Positions 20,729 through 32,500 of a DNA stretch of 64,000 bases are shown piece after piece (positions within the stretch are counted from its first letter, which is position 1; each line of letters opens with the position of its first letter). The stretch is from the NCBI GenBank assembly GCA_000091205.1, contig AP006501.2. One strand, 5' to 3'. Made by a program: the position numbers and the translations under genes. The notes beneath the pieces are model-generated. The model had not been told where the DNA came from. It ran no database searches and was given only the letters and a program-made list of their open reading frames with translations. This DNA is from Cyanidioschyzon merolae (taxonomy: Eukaryota).

Positions 20729-23695
20729 GTGCGCGCGCACGCGCCCTACCTCGGGACTGGACTCGATGCACACGCGCACGCATGTCGCCGCTGGATGCAT
20801 GCGTGCCGTGTCGATGCACCGCCGGATCCCGCAGTTGCCGTCGCTGCTGCTGCTGCTGCTGCTGCTGCTTCTGACGCTGCAACCAGGACACTGTGCATGC
20901 CAGTTTGGTCACCTTCCGCGTTCATCCCTCAGGTGAGCCCTCACGGGTCCTGGCTAGCCACTCAAATAAAGTACGGCCTAGGTAAGGATCTTGTCTGCGT
21001 GAGGAACGGCGTTGCCAAAAGACCAAAACTGCGCAGAGCTAGCCGTGTGCGCGACGGCGGGGCGCTTCCGGTCCGGTTGACAGCAGAGGTCGGTGCTGGT
21101 CAGCGTGAACAGGAATTGGACGCTTTGATCGTGAGAAATGGGAGCTCGGGTTTGAGGCACGCCCTGACTGCTGGGCCAAGAGTTGGATATGCAAACTTCA
21201 AAGAGCTTCTGCTTACCCTCGTTTGTGGCATGGTTGTCGCACTGGTGCTTTGGCCGACGCGCAGGCCCCGGTTTGTGCACAGTGCGCGAGAATCAATATG
21301 GACCAAGGTTCTCTTTTCGTGCAGATCTTCGGCACTCGGTTCTCGGAGAGAGCCAGTGGCTACTTCACGTCGCGTTGAAGTTCCGAAAAGCCTACTGGCG
21401 TGTGCCTCGCCAGCGCCGACCGCGATACAAACCACGGATATCGCGAGCGAGCGAACGCTTCGCGGGAAGCTGATCAAAGTGGGGCGAGAAGCCACTCATT
21501 TTGAAATGCATGAACCTGTCGCAGACGCATTGGCGGTGCTCATTGCGACGGTTATTGTGGTACCGATCATGAAGCGATTGAGAATGTCGCCGATCTTGGG
21601 GTTCCTTCTCGCTGGGGTGGTCATGGGCCCGAATGGTTTGAAAATTGTGAAGGAAATCGGTGCGAGCAAAGCCTTGGCAGAGCTTGGAGTTGTCTTCTTC
21701 CTTTTCGAAATGGGACTTGAACTCAGCGTAGCGCGCCTCAAGTCACTGTTTATGGATGTGTTTGGTCTAGGTCTTGCACAGTTCGTCGTGACTGGTGTTG
21801 CACTCGGATTCGCTTGTACAAGCGCAGGCCTCGATATTCGCGCTGCTTTTGTAGTAGGAGGTGCGCTTGCCCTATCTTCATCAGCATTCGTGCTTCAGAT
21901 GCTGAACGAGAGAGGCGAGATCGGAACGCGCTTCGGCCGCGGTGCTTTTGGCATCCTGCTGTTTCAAGATCTCGCTGTGGTGCCGCTTCTTGTTGTAGTG
22001 CCGCTCTTGGGCGCCAGTGGAGGCGGCATGTCGTTGGCGACAGCCTTGAGCGTCGCAGCAGCAAAGGGTCTTATCGCTCTCGTGAGCATCTACTTTGCCG
22101 GGCATTTTCTATTCGATCCCGTCTTCAATGCGACTGCCGGGGCGAAATCGCCTGAGGCGTTCGTCGCCACCATCCTTGCCACTGTTCTCGGTATGAGCGC
22201 GCTGACCGAAGGCTTTGGCTTGAGCGACACACTGGGGGCATTTCTCGCAGGCACGCTTCTGGCGGAAACCAGATATCGACACCAGATCGAAGCAGACATT
22301 ATGCCCTTTCGCGGGTTGCTCTTGGGCTTGTTTTTCATGACTGTTGGCTTCGGAATCGACATGCGCTTGCTGGTGGGAAATCTGCGAGTGGTTCTGCTCC
22401 TCATTCTCGGTGTGTTAGCGCTCAAAGCAGGGATCATCACGGCACTCGCTCGACTATTCGGTTTCAGTTTTGCCAATTCACAGCGAACCGGTCTCATTCT
22501 TGCCCAAGGCGGTGAGTTCGCGTTTGTCGTCCTCGGACTTGCGCAGCGCAGCAGCGTTCTGGATCCTGCACTGACCCAGCTTCTCAACCTGGTGATCGCT
22601 TTAAGCATGGCGTGCACGCCGATACTTTTCGCTCTGGGACTTCGAATCGCGTCTGCAATTGAACAGCGACGAGGGTTAATCGGCACCCGCTCCGAAGATG
22701 TTAGCGCTGCCAGTGATTTCGTGCTCGTGGCCGGGTACGGCCGAGTGGGACAAGCGATTTGTGACATGCTCAGCGCGCGCTTCATTCCATGGGTGGCATT
22801 CGATACGAGTCCCACACGTGTTATTGAAGCGAGAAAGAAAGGTCTTCCCGTCTTCTTTGGTGACGCTTGCCGTCCTGATGTTTTACGGACTGCGGGTGCG
22901 GGAAAAGCGCGAGCGATCGTGGTCACTGTGCGAGATCCGGATGCGGCTTTCCGTGCAGTGACCGCCATTCGCCAGGAATTTCCCGAAAAACCGGTCTTTG
23001 CGAGAGCGCGCGATGAGCGCCATCGAAAAATGCTGTCTATGGCCGGAGCGACAGCCATTGTACCCGAGATTCTCGAATCCAGTCTCCTTCTCGGAGGAGC
23101 CGTCCTTCACGCCTTCAATGTTCCAGCGGAAGAAATTTCTCGTCTGATTGAGGATGCACGCAAACGTGCCGTCAGCGAATTCGGACTCGAAATGTTTGGT
23201 GAACTGTCTTCAGAGAAGATGGGCATGTGGCGGTACAAGGCGGAAGAGACATCACGCCAGAGCCCGAATGGCAGCATCTCGACAGCAGCTAGTGCAGTGG
23301 GCTCTTTACTGGCTGCCGCACCTACTGCACAGGCACATGGCGACCGAGACGGTGACTTTTCTGAAAGCACAGATTCTCAGCTGGAAAATGAAGGTAGAGA
23401 CAAGTCCCGCTCGACTGATGATGAGCAGAACGGAGCCGACTCCGATGCTGGCCGTGAGCGAATCCGAGCAGATACGCATTTGGACGTAGAAACGAGCGAC
23501 GAGGAACTCGAGGTCGATGAGGGTGAGCTCATCCCGGAAAGCGCCCTTCGCATGCCTGGACCCATCACACCGTCAAGCTCCAAACAAGTTCGTCACGAGG
23601 ATGAATATCCCGAATACCCTCCGTATCCACTGGACGAGGACATTTCGACAACCGGCAGCCCGGCCGACGCACGTCGAGAAGGAGGCAATTTGTGA
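20729..23695 (+). CDS. K+ efflux antiporter (KEA/KefB-type, CPA2) with TrkA-N/KTN domain
   Basis: The Na+/H+-exchanger membrane core (ADALAVLIATVIVVPIMKRLRMSPILGFLLAGVVMGPNGL …) is followed by a KTN/NAD-binding domain (FVLVAGYGRVGQAICDML) and an acidic C-terminal tail. The true start is probably downstream of 20729, because the N-terminus contains a (GCT)n poly-Ala tract. Confidence 0.85.
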   Translation: MRAHAPYLGTGLDAHAHACRRWMHACRVDAPPDPAVAVAAAAAAAAASDAATRTLCMPVWSPSAFIPQVSPHGSWLATQIKYGLGKDLVCVRNGVAKRPKLRRASRVRDGGALPVRLTAEVGAGQREQELDALIVRNGSSGLRHALTAGPRVGYANFKELLLTLVCGMVVALVLWPTRRPRFVHSARESIWTKVLFSCRSSALGSRREPVATSRRVEVPKSLLACASPAPTAIQTTDIASERTLRGKLIKVGREATHFEMHEPVADALAVLIATVIVVPIMKRLRMSPILGFLLAGVVMGPNGLKIVKEIGASKALAELGVVFFLFEMGLELSVARLKSLFMDVFGLGLAQFVVTGVALGFACTSAGLDIRAAFVVGGALALSSSAFVLQMLNERGEIGTRFGRGAFGILLFQDLAVVPLLVVVPLLGASGGGMSLATALSVAAAKGLIALVSIYFAGHFLFDPVFNATAGAKSPEAFVATILATVLGMSALTEGFGLSDTLGAFLAGTLLAETRYRHQIEADIMPFRGLLLGLFFMTVGFGIDMRLLVGNLRVVLLLILGVLALKAGIITALARLFGFSFANSQRTGLILAQGGEFAFVVLGLAQRSSVLDPALTQLLNLVIALSMACTPILFALGLRIASAIEQRRGLIGTRSEDVSAASDFVLVAGYGRVGQAICDMLSARFIPWVAFDTSPTRVIEARKKGLPVFFGDACRPDVLRTAGAGKARAIVVTVRDPDAAFRAVTAIRQEFPEKPVFARARDERHRKMLSMAGATAIVPEILESSLLLGGAVLHAFNVPAEEISRLIEDARKRAVSEFGLEMFGELSSEKMGMWRYKAEETSRQSPNGSISTAASAVGSLLAAAPTAQAHGDRDGDFSESTDSQLENEGRDKSRSTDDEQNGADSDAGRERIRADTHLDVETSDEELEVDEGELIPESALRMPGPITPSSSKQVRHEDEYPEYPPYPLDEDISTTGSPADARREGGNL
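20841..20872. repeat. (GCT)n trinucleotide repeat inside the KEA ORF N-terminus (poly-Ala)
   Basis: The sequence reads gtcgctgctgctgctgctgctgctgctgcttctgacgctgc. Confidence 0.9.
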
Positions 23696-24329
23696 GCACA
23701 GAGTCTGCGTTCTTAGAGTGCTCGCACTGGGACTTGTACGCGTGCCATCGGTTTTGGAAAGCGGTCCAAGGTACGGTCCTGTGATGTATATGCGCGCGCA
23801 CCATGTGATAGCTTTGGCGCAGGCTCTACGAAGCGCAGTCAAGTCTGGATCACGATGATCTCCATATCGCGTGCGCTCTCGTGTCTGTCGTGGTGATTTT
23901 CGCCTTTGTAAAAAGTGTTCATGCAATGCCTTTCGGAGATTCGTCGCTTCTCAGCCGACGCGCGCTCATATGACCTCACAAGAACTGCTGCGGCCAGAGA
24001 ATCCGCACTGAACGCTCCAAAGGCTCCGTGTCCGCTTGCAGAATCTGTACGTGACCTGCAGGCCGCAATCCCGCCGAATGATGTTGCAGCACGGGTAAAG
24101 TAGCCGCTGCGCTGCATCGGATTTTTTTCATTGACAAAACGTGTGCATAGGCCAGTGCTCTCCGATTATGCGCATTTTTCTTTTCTTTCTCTTTTATTTT
24201 GTGTTTAACTTCAGTGCGCGGTAATGTATCTATAAAGCCCCCTACCTCCAAGTTACATTACCTATGCTGATTCTCGGATATTCTGGTCGTTTCATACTTC
24301 CTATCGTGTGTGCCTAGAGCCTGCCTTTC

Positions 24330-24640
24330 CGCATCCGCCGTTGCGCTTGAACCGCTGGAGCAGATAGTTCATAGAGCTAGAACAGCTTTTCTATACCCCA
24401 GAGGGCGTCGGCTCGAGGGGTGCTTCACCCGACGTAGAATCGGGTCTCGTCGTCAGTTTGTGCTCGGACAGTCTGCGGATGCAAGCTCGCCTTCGCGGCA
24501 CGACACGCTGGAGAAACTTGGCTGTTAGGATAAATCCTGGGAGTCGCCTCTCTCCTTCGTGATCATGCATGGAATGCGTTGTTGTCGGTTGGCAATGCGG
24601 GTTTGTGCTTGACGCTCACCACAGTGGATAGGCGCAGAAA
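24330..24640 (+). repeat. Dispersed repeat R3, copy 1 (partner at 35860–36160)
   Basis: 24370–24460 aligns with 35895–35985 (CAGAT..CA.AGAG..AGAACAGCTTTTC.AT.CC..ACAGAGGGCGTCG.C.CGAG…TGCT.CACC.GACA). It encodes 'RTAFLYPRGRR', and copy 2 encodes 'RTAFPFHRGRR', a TnpB N-terminus-like block. Flanking blocks also align. Confidence 0.55.
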
Positions 24641-25903
24641 GCATACTAAACCCGTGTGCGCATCCGATTCGCTGGACCTTGCGCCTAGAAGGTAGCATGT
24701 GAGTTTATTCGCCACGAATGAGCGCTGAGGCTCGGTTAGCGGACCACCAGTTGCCAGTGCTGCACTCAGAGTGAGTGTCCGGCCTTCGACTATCACGGTG
24801 ATATCCAGCTGATGCCGTCCTTCAAGGAGCTCGCTGCGCTCCTGCTTCCAGCGCGGGCACTGTAACAGTAAATATGTCAGCGTCTCGGGGTTATCGTCTC
24901 CACAGCAGGGACATTGTGATTCTCAGTGCAATCCCAGTGTTCCTATACGGCTTAGAGTCGGTGCTGCTAGCCAGAAGCCACCAACGCGGATTTTGGCGCG
25001 CCACTGGCTACCGCGCGCAAGTCCCGGGAGCTCCAGCGCCTCCCACCAGTACTTGCATGTGTATGCCGGGTTCTAGTTCCGGTATGGAGTCAAGACGGGC
25101 GTTACTGGCGCGACTGGTTCCGTGTCTACGTTCCCATATTGCTTTCTGGACGGTTCGCTTGAGGCGGCGGGAGCCTTCTACATTTCCGGGAAACGATTGG
25201 AGAGCGTGTCTTCGCCTACGGAGAGATCAGATTGCGCGCACGCTCATCGCCGCTGATTGAAATTGGCCCGTTCGCGCGTCATGACCCGTATCGTTGACAC
25301 GCGGGTCATTCTGAAGCGCGCATCGCGCCTGCGCCCGCGCCGCAGCGGCCGCAGTGCTACGTGTCCACGTATCGAGCGATCCGCATGCGTGCGGTAAACG
25401 GATCAGCACGTGCGTTCGTTCGTGCGTGACAGGGCATCGAGCGAAAACGGATCCCCGCTGAGGCCAGTAACGTCGATGCCTGAAGCAACATGTCAATGAG
25501 CCTGGTCCGTCGATGACGTTTCGTCGGAGGTGTTGGCCTCCCCAGAACGTCGTTGTATGCTCATGTACGGGTTGATATTGGGTTAGGTTTAGGTTCGAGG
25601 TCAAGTCAACTGTGCCTGTTATCTGGTTCGCCATTGACGTGTGGCTCGGTATCGCTGAGCGGTACCCAGCGCTGTGGGCCACTGTGTGCATATAGTTGAG
25701 GTGCACTTTGGGGTCCTCGAGGTTCGGTGGAAGTTGCCTGTTTGCAACTTGTTACTTGCACACAACGATTACGCACCGTTTCGAAGGCGAAACGCCCTCG
25801 TAGCGCCACAGCGAGTACGCGCTTGTAGAACAAGTTCACGGAAAGCGTCTGCAGCCGAGTCGTCTGGTGCCTGTGCGCAGTCGGCTCCGAGTCAGAGCCA
25901 CCG

Positions 25904-26728
25904 GTGTGCTGCGTTGACGCGTGCGACAACGCCGATCGCCGTCCTTCTCCGCGGAAACGACTCGCCACGCTATCGCAAGTTGTGTCGGATTTTCGTTGGA
26001 GCTTGCCCACTGGTACCGCCACCATGCAGCTACGCGAAAACGCTGCAGGCAGCGGACTACTCACGGATAATGCATGTATGGAGATCCATCGACCGGTCCC
26101 GGGTACCGCAGGGCGAGCATCGCCAACGTTTCACATCCTCGTGCCGCTAACCGATCCACGGTACGCTGACGCAGATCCGGGCGGCTCGAAGCAAATGCGG
26201 CTGCCTCTGGTGGTCGACGAGGCGACCGCGTTGCCGACACCACCGCCAAAGTCCGCGATAACCTCGCCAGCGACCCCACATTCGCTGCAACAAGAGACCT
26301 CTGATGTCGTCGACGCCCGTTACCAAAGCGGCCCGCTGCGTCGTTCCCTGAGATTGTCACCGTCGGGCAGCCTCCACGGCGATGAGCTCCTCGACAAGAT
26401 CCTGCGGCACGCGGAATGGCTGCAGGCCTTGGGCGCCGGCGCAGTTGGCCTGGTGCTCCTGTCTCGGTGGTTTCCACAAGTTGCGATCAAAGTATCTCTC
26501 TACGAAACCGGATTTCGAACCGCACTCTTCATGCACCCCACGCGAAGCGAGCCGGCTATGATGCGTCTACTAATGAGGACGCTCCTGGTAGGACGGGCAA
26601 CCTCGCATCTTCCGGTTCTTTTCGGGGAGCGCCACGATGTGCCGTTGTCCGCGCTGCGCATCCCCGAGGCCTTCTGGCGAAGCGGTACCGCCGCAACCGA
26701 GCTTCGTCAGTGGATAGAGCGGCGTTAA
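25904..26728 (+). CDS. protein-kinase-like, N-lobe portion (glycine loop LGAGAVGLV … VAIKV)
   Basis: GxGxxG followed by VAIK corresponds to kinase subdomains I/II. The ORF ends in TAA at 26726–26728. Confidence 0.5.
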   Translation: MCCVDACDNADRRPSPRKRLATLSQVVSDFRWSLPTGTATMQLRENAAGSGLLTDNACMEIHRPVPGTAGRASPTFHILVPLTDPRYADADPGGSKQMRLPLVVDEATALPTPPPKSAITSPATPHSLQQETSDVVDARYQSGPLRRSLRLSPSGSLHGDELLDKILRHAEWLQALGAGAVGLVLLSRWFPQVAIKVSLYETGFRTALFMHPTRSEPAMMRLLMRTLLVGRATSHLPVLFGERHDVPLSALRIPEAFWRSGTAATELRQWIERR

Positions 26729-26760
26729 AACCGCGATCCTGAGCGCTGCAGTATTCTCGC

Positions 26761-27780
26761 ATGGAGCGTTGCACCGGTGGAACGCTCTTTCACGCCCTCT
26801 GTCGGGGCACTGCACCGGGAATCGACATTTCGGCCGTGCGTGAGCTCACTTTTCAGATTGTGTTCACGCTTGCCGTGCTTCTGCGCTTCCATCCGAACTG
26901 GAAGCATAACGACCTCTCGCTTGCCAACGTTATGCTTCGACGGCGTGGTTCGCTCACGACTGCGTGCCTTGGCACGTGTCAGGTCTTGGTTGGTCTCGCT
27001 GGCGCTGGTGCACGGACACCAGCATCGACGCTGCAGCTGGTGCGTCCATCGAGCGCCCCAGAGGCTGGCCCTGTGCGTTACCGCCGATACGCGTTTGAAG
27101 GTCACATTTGGTATCTTGGGTTGCGCCCCGAACAACCGTACGAGGCCGTGATCGCCGATTTTGATTTTGCCTGCATCGAGCCGCTCATCAGCAACGCCAC
27201 AGTAGACTTTTTCGAGCGTCAATCCCGTTACCACTGTTATCGGATCAACAGTGAACGAGACTGGTATGGCGACATCCAAATGCGGTTAAGCAATCTCCGT
27301 GAGGTCGTCCAGCACTTGATTCGGCGCCGCTGGGAGACGCAGCGGCCATCAGGGACCTCGGCGCTGTCGACCTCGGTGGAGCGAGGCGCTCAGGACATGC
27401 TCTTGCCCGAGGAGCGTGATGCCATGGAGTTTTTCGAGCGTTGCGTTCATCCCAACTGCCGCGATACAGCAGATCGCTCACTCCGCGGTCGCCTACCGCC
27501 GAATACTGTAGATCTCGACGAGCGCTACAACCCGATCCATATGCTGCTTTTCGATCCGTATTTTGATCCATTCTTACGAACGCCAGAATGGGGTTCGGGA
27601 GCGATGCTCGAAGCATCTTACGCTTGGCCAATCGAGTGTGCAGCGAGTATCGATGCCAACGGGGCAAGCCGCGTCGAGGGTGCCGGTCTGAGGACTCATG
27701 CCTCACTTTGGAGCGCATCCTCACCGATTCGTTGTGACTGGGAACACATCCGTGGCTCCTGGGCAGCCGACGGTGCCTAG
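26761..27780 (+). CDS. protein-kinase-like, C-lobe portion (HNDLSLANV catalytic loop; IADFDFA)
   Basis: Contains an HxDLxxxN catalytic loop (HND instead of HRD) and DFD in place of DFG. It is in a different frame from 25904..26728, so it continues that kinase domain across a frame break. Confidence 0.5.
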   Translation: MERCTGGTLFHALCRGTAPGIDISAVRELTFQIVFTLAVLLRFHPNWKHNDLSLANVMLRRRGSLTTACLGTCQVLVGLAGAGARTPASTLQLVRPSSAPEAGPVRYRRYAFEGHIWYLGLRPEQPYEAVIADFDFACIEPLISNATVDFFERQSRYHCYRINSERDWYGDIQMRLSNLREVVQHLIRRRWETQRPSGTSALSTSVERGAQDMLLPEERDAMEFFERCVHPNCRDTADRSLRGRLPPNTVDLDERYNPIHMLLFDPYFDPFLRTPEWGSGAMLEASYAWPIECAASIDANGASRVEGAGLRTHASLWSASSPIRCDWEHIRGSWAADGA

Positions 27781-28351
27781 CGCGCTAGCCCCCGTCTCGC
27801 ACGTCAATGCAGCAAATCAGCTGTAAGGCGAGTTTGCTTGGCGCCGGACTGGGCGATATGCGCTGACGCAAGAGTTCTGTGCTACGGGCAGGGGTTTTGT
27901 GTCATCGATTGCATGTCGCAAGTGTATGCTCCTGGGGGAACGCACAGAGCATCCTCGTCGCCGTCTTCGCGGGTGCTTCTCCAGGAGACATCGCGTCCAT
28001 TAACCGCCTTGATGTTCAGCGACAGGAGTCGTCGTCGTGGCGTTCATAACAGTGCAGCCTGATTGTATCGCGTTTGAGCGAGCGCTCTCTGGAATACGCG
28101 CGTTCTTGACGCGTCCGTGACCAGGGACAGCCCCAGACACGTGTAGCCTCAAAATACGGTATGGGCGAGCATAAGCCTCTGGCGGCTTTTCCGTGCTATT
28201 TGATCAACAAGTCCAGTATTTGAGCTCTATTTGCGCAAACGGTGTCAGTTACCAGACGATAAACGCTACCTCTGCAGTGCAGGCTTCCATCTCTCACGAC
28301 TAGTGCAACCACCAGCGGCACCGGCGCGCACGCACGACAATCCTGCGATTC

Positions 28352-28388
28352 GACAGCAGCCGCAGCAGCCGCAGCAGCCGCAGCATCA
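28352..28388. repeat. (CAGCAGCCG)3-4 minisatellite
   Basis: The sequence reads cagcagccgcagcagccgcagcagccgcagcat. Confidence 0.85.
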
Positions 28389-29511
28389 TCCGCTATTGGT
28401 GAGTTTCGCTGGCGGGCTTGCACACGTGAGCGTGGCTGCTACCCATGGTGGTATCAGAGATCATCATTGCTCTGACCGTTGCATATTTGGGTCCAAAAAG
28501 ATCATATCGACTGGTTCTCAAAGGAGAGCGATACCTTTTCCACAAGAGCTTGCTACGGAACTGGTTATGCCGGCGGCGGCGCGAGGGCGGACTCGCCGCG
28601 CATGCAGCCTGCGACTTTCCGCAGTGTCAGTGTTTCCCTCACTTGTTCATTCGTCGAATATTTCATGGTGCATATAGGTTGATGAATCGATCGCATTTGC
28701 GGCGTACCGCGTCCGAGCTCAACGCTGATCGCGGGCCTGACGGAAGCGACTCCAGAAAGGAGTAGCGCGCTGTGTGTTCCAGGGGCGCACGTCCGAGTGC
28801 AGCTGCAAGTTTTGTCTTTCATCTAGTCATATTAGAGCCCTTTGATATTCTGCCGAGCACAGTGTACGTAGCGCTCTTGGGGCCGCAGTTGCACGCCTAC
28901 CCAACGAACGCGTCTATGCCACTGGCGAAGAGGCAAAGTCGCTCCTGCATAGCACGAGCCGCAGCGCATCGCTCGATATGCGTAGACATTCTTCGTGGTC
29001 TGTTGCGATGTCATGGCGCTGAAAGCGAATATCGACAATCGAAACGGACCCATGAAAAGGTGTTGCATGTTCAGAGATAATCGCTCGCATGTTTAAGAAA
29101 CACTGAGTTTTTTGGAATGTAGACTTGTTGAGATACGAGACGGTGATCCCCGATTCCGCAATGGGTATCGGCGTCCGTGAGAACACGTATCGCCGAGAGG
29201 TTTTGTAAGCGTTGCGAGAGCGCACCATATCGGCATTGGGACGTGCAACGATGAAGCAGTTTCCAGCTTGCGCTGCTGCTGCGCATGCGGTTGATGTTTG
29301 CAAATGGAGACGGCGTATTACGTCGCCTCACTGGATACAATGCTGTTGCAGCGCCCCAGAGGTAATGCGCGAGATGCGTGTGTGATACCTGCCTTCCGAG
29401 CACTGCGCCGAAGTGCATTCCACTCGAGACCATATCTCGTACGGTAGGAATCCGTTCTCAGGGTTTTAGGTATCACTGGATTCACTCGCCCAGAGAATGG
29501 GACATGGGAAT

Positions 29512-32500
29512 TCAAGAGCGCGCCGACATCCGTCGCCGTTTCGTTTTGGAACCGGATCCGAACGACGTCCCTGTGCCGTCCATGCATTCCGACGTCGTTC
29601 GCAGCATGAGTTCCTCGGTTTCGGCTAACAAACTCAATGCCAAAGAATCATCGTCTCGATCGCCGTTAGCATCCGGTGGTTGCTTTTCTGCACCACTGAC
29701 CTGTGATGCTCCTGCGCTTAATCCATCGCAAGCCAACTTTCGGACGGCATTCTGAAGACGCGTTGAACGAATACGTGCAAAGCGATGCGGCTGGAAAAAG
29801 GAGTCGATGCGTGTCTGGCGCTCACGATGTCGCTGAAACGCCTGGACAACAGGACCAAGCGCTTGCTCTAACTTGGCCGAGTCCCAGCCGAACAGATCAT
29901 GACAAAATGCCCGCAAAGCGACTGGATCCGGTCCGCAATTCGGAAAAAGTTCGCGACGCCGATGAAGCCAGGAGGTGTCCACTTGCGGCCGCAAGAATGC
30001 TTCAATGACGTGGCGGTTCGGAAACGTCTTGTCAAGTAGGTTCCAATTGCGCTTCATGTTGATGTGGAGCTTTTTGAATGCGGCGCGTCGCGGCTCTGGA
30101 TCGCTCACACTCGCTGGATCATCGCCAAGATGAACAGCGTCTAGCCATTCGCGAAAATCTTGCAGTCCGCGAAATGGCTCGCGTTCGGGACTTGTGTCTG
30201 GACAAGCAGGGTCAGGGTCTCTGCAAAACGCCTCCACGATTTCGGTTGCGTTCACAATCCCAACCCCGTAGACGCCGTCACTGTAATCGCTGCCGAGCAA
30301 CAATCCCAAGCAAATAAGCTTGTCACGTGATAGGCCCATGTTCCGTTCAATGCGATTCATCTCGTACTCCTCTACATATTTTGAGTCCTCAAAGATGTGC
30401 CTGTAAACACGACTAGCGCCAAAGAGGAAAGCGTCAGAGTCCTCCGTCACGACGGCGTCGACGATGCCAGCGCGATCGAGGAAAGCGCACTGTGCTTCCG
30501 CTTCCATCGCTGCCTCAATATACGGGATTCCAAGCAACTGAAGCAGTCTCTTGGTGTCCGCGAACATTTGCTCCGTTACCGAGTCAGCGTGTCTGGCGGC
30601 AGCGGCATATTCCGAACGAAGTTTGGCGAGATCCATCTCCTCGTGCTCAGCAAACATGGGCTCCATGCGCTGGCGCTCAGTGGCGTCATCCGCCCGAGCG
30701 TTCATCGCTAGTGCACCACGATGCTCACCGGTTCCGGCGGCGTTGTTTGCCGCTTCCGTTGTGTCCATCAGAAACGACCTATGCGCTGGTATGAGGCCTC
30801 TCGCGGCTCCAAATTTGGCGCGTTGCTGCGAGCGCCACTCGGAATGATCGCACTCGTGATGCGTGCGCGCTGCGATGCCGCCGTCGAGCGTGCCACACGC
30901 ATCGACCGAGGCCTCTTGTCTTGAATCCTCTGAGCGGTCATCAGGTGATATTCCAGCATCCGATCCAGGTGGCAGTTCTTGCGATATTGAATTGCGCCCT
31001 GGTTCGTGATATGCGGCGGCATCCGCGGGCGCTGCCGAGTTCCAAGTGTTAGCGGCGACTGGGCGGCGACAATCTATCTGTTCATCGGCAAGCAACGGCA
31101 CTGCACGGACGTTCGAAGACTCGCGTGCAGGCTGCGTCGCTTCGAAAGCGGCTGGTCCGACAGCATCGTTTGCTGCGCTACCGATATCGATGCTGGGTGT
31201 GTCCGCAGTTTCACGTGGCTCGATTGCGGGTCTGGTGAGCGAATCTGCGTGTTCTGTGGATACCATCTCAGTATATTTTGCGACAGAGGACAGCTTTTTC
31301 ATTGGCGCTTCTGTGTTTGACTCTGCACCGGATCTATCCAGCGTAGCGTTGCTCAAGTGCTTCGCTTGGGCTGTTCGTTTCTGAAGGTTGTGCTCGCTCG
31401 ACAGGCGTCTGTCAGTCAGTTCCTCCGCGGACGCAAATTGCGCTTCCTGATCAGAGCCCTCGGTAGATACTTCATTCCATTCAATATTTTCCAAGAATTC
31501 AGCATCGCTCTGTTCATCGGCTCGGGCCGGTTCCAAGCGGCCGTCGGAAGAGGGCGCCTCGTTGCTCGTCGTGAACATCGTTCGACGGGTATCCTGGGGC
31601 ATGCCTACGACGTCCGAGGCGCTCAACTCGGCGTGACGCACTCGATGCCTGCAATCGGCTGCTGCATCTCCATCACGCGCATCGTGTGGCGTTTTCAGTG
31701 CAAAGCGAAAGCCGCTCGAGATCTCGCTTGCCCATTCGGTACCCGAAATTGCGTTCACCGTCATCGACTGCACCGCAGCGCTCCGCGAAGGCGCATCAGG
31801 AACGCTCGCACGAACGCATGCACCGGGGCGCTCCGTGCCGCGCGCATCTGCGGCTAGATCCCTGTTTCGGGCGGTATCCAGATTGCGCTCATTCTCTACA
31901 AGTACGTATTCACGAGTTGCGTCCGATGCAAGGCGCCTTCCGAGATGCGTCCCATGAGAGGCCCTCTGCCGAGCGTCCCGTAGTTTCGACCTGAGTTGGC
32001 TCGTACGTAGAAAGCGATCAACTTGCAGCTGTGAAAAGTCACTGGGCGAGCGCAACTCATCCAGATTTTCGACAGTTTCAACAAGCTCTGTATGCATGCG
32101 TCTCCGAATCGAGGCTATAATCTCTTTCTGCACCGACGCGGGGAGTGCCACGACGGCGTCAGCATCGATGTTTTCGAGGTCTGGTAACTCGAACGCTTCA
32201 CAATTGGAACCATCATCTGATATGATTTCTTCTGAGGTAGCGCACGGGAGTCCAAATTCTGTACTGTCCCCTGCCATGAAGTCAAGCTCGTCACGTTGCC
32301 TGCCATTGGTGTTCGCGTAATGAGAGCGCTGCACTTCGGGCTGGTTGCCATCGCTGGGCACGCGCGTTTCGTCGCCGGTAAGGCGTTTCGCACTTGTTCT
32401 ACGGGGCATCGTTGGATGTTTTTCACGTGCAGTATCCGATTGCAGGGCAGTTTCCAGGGCATCTGCTGGCGCTAATGATGCTGACGCCTGCTCCTTCTGC

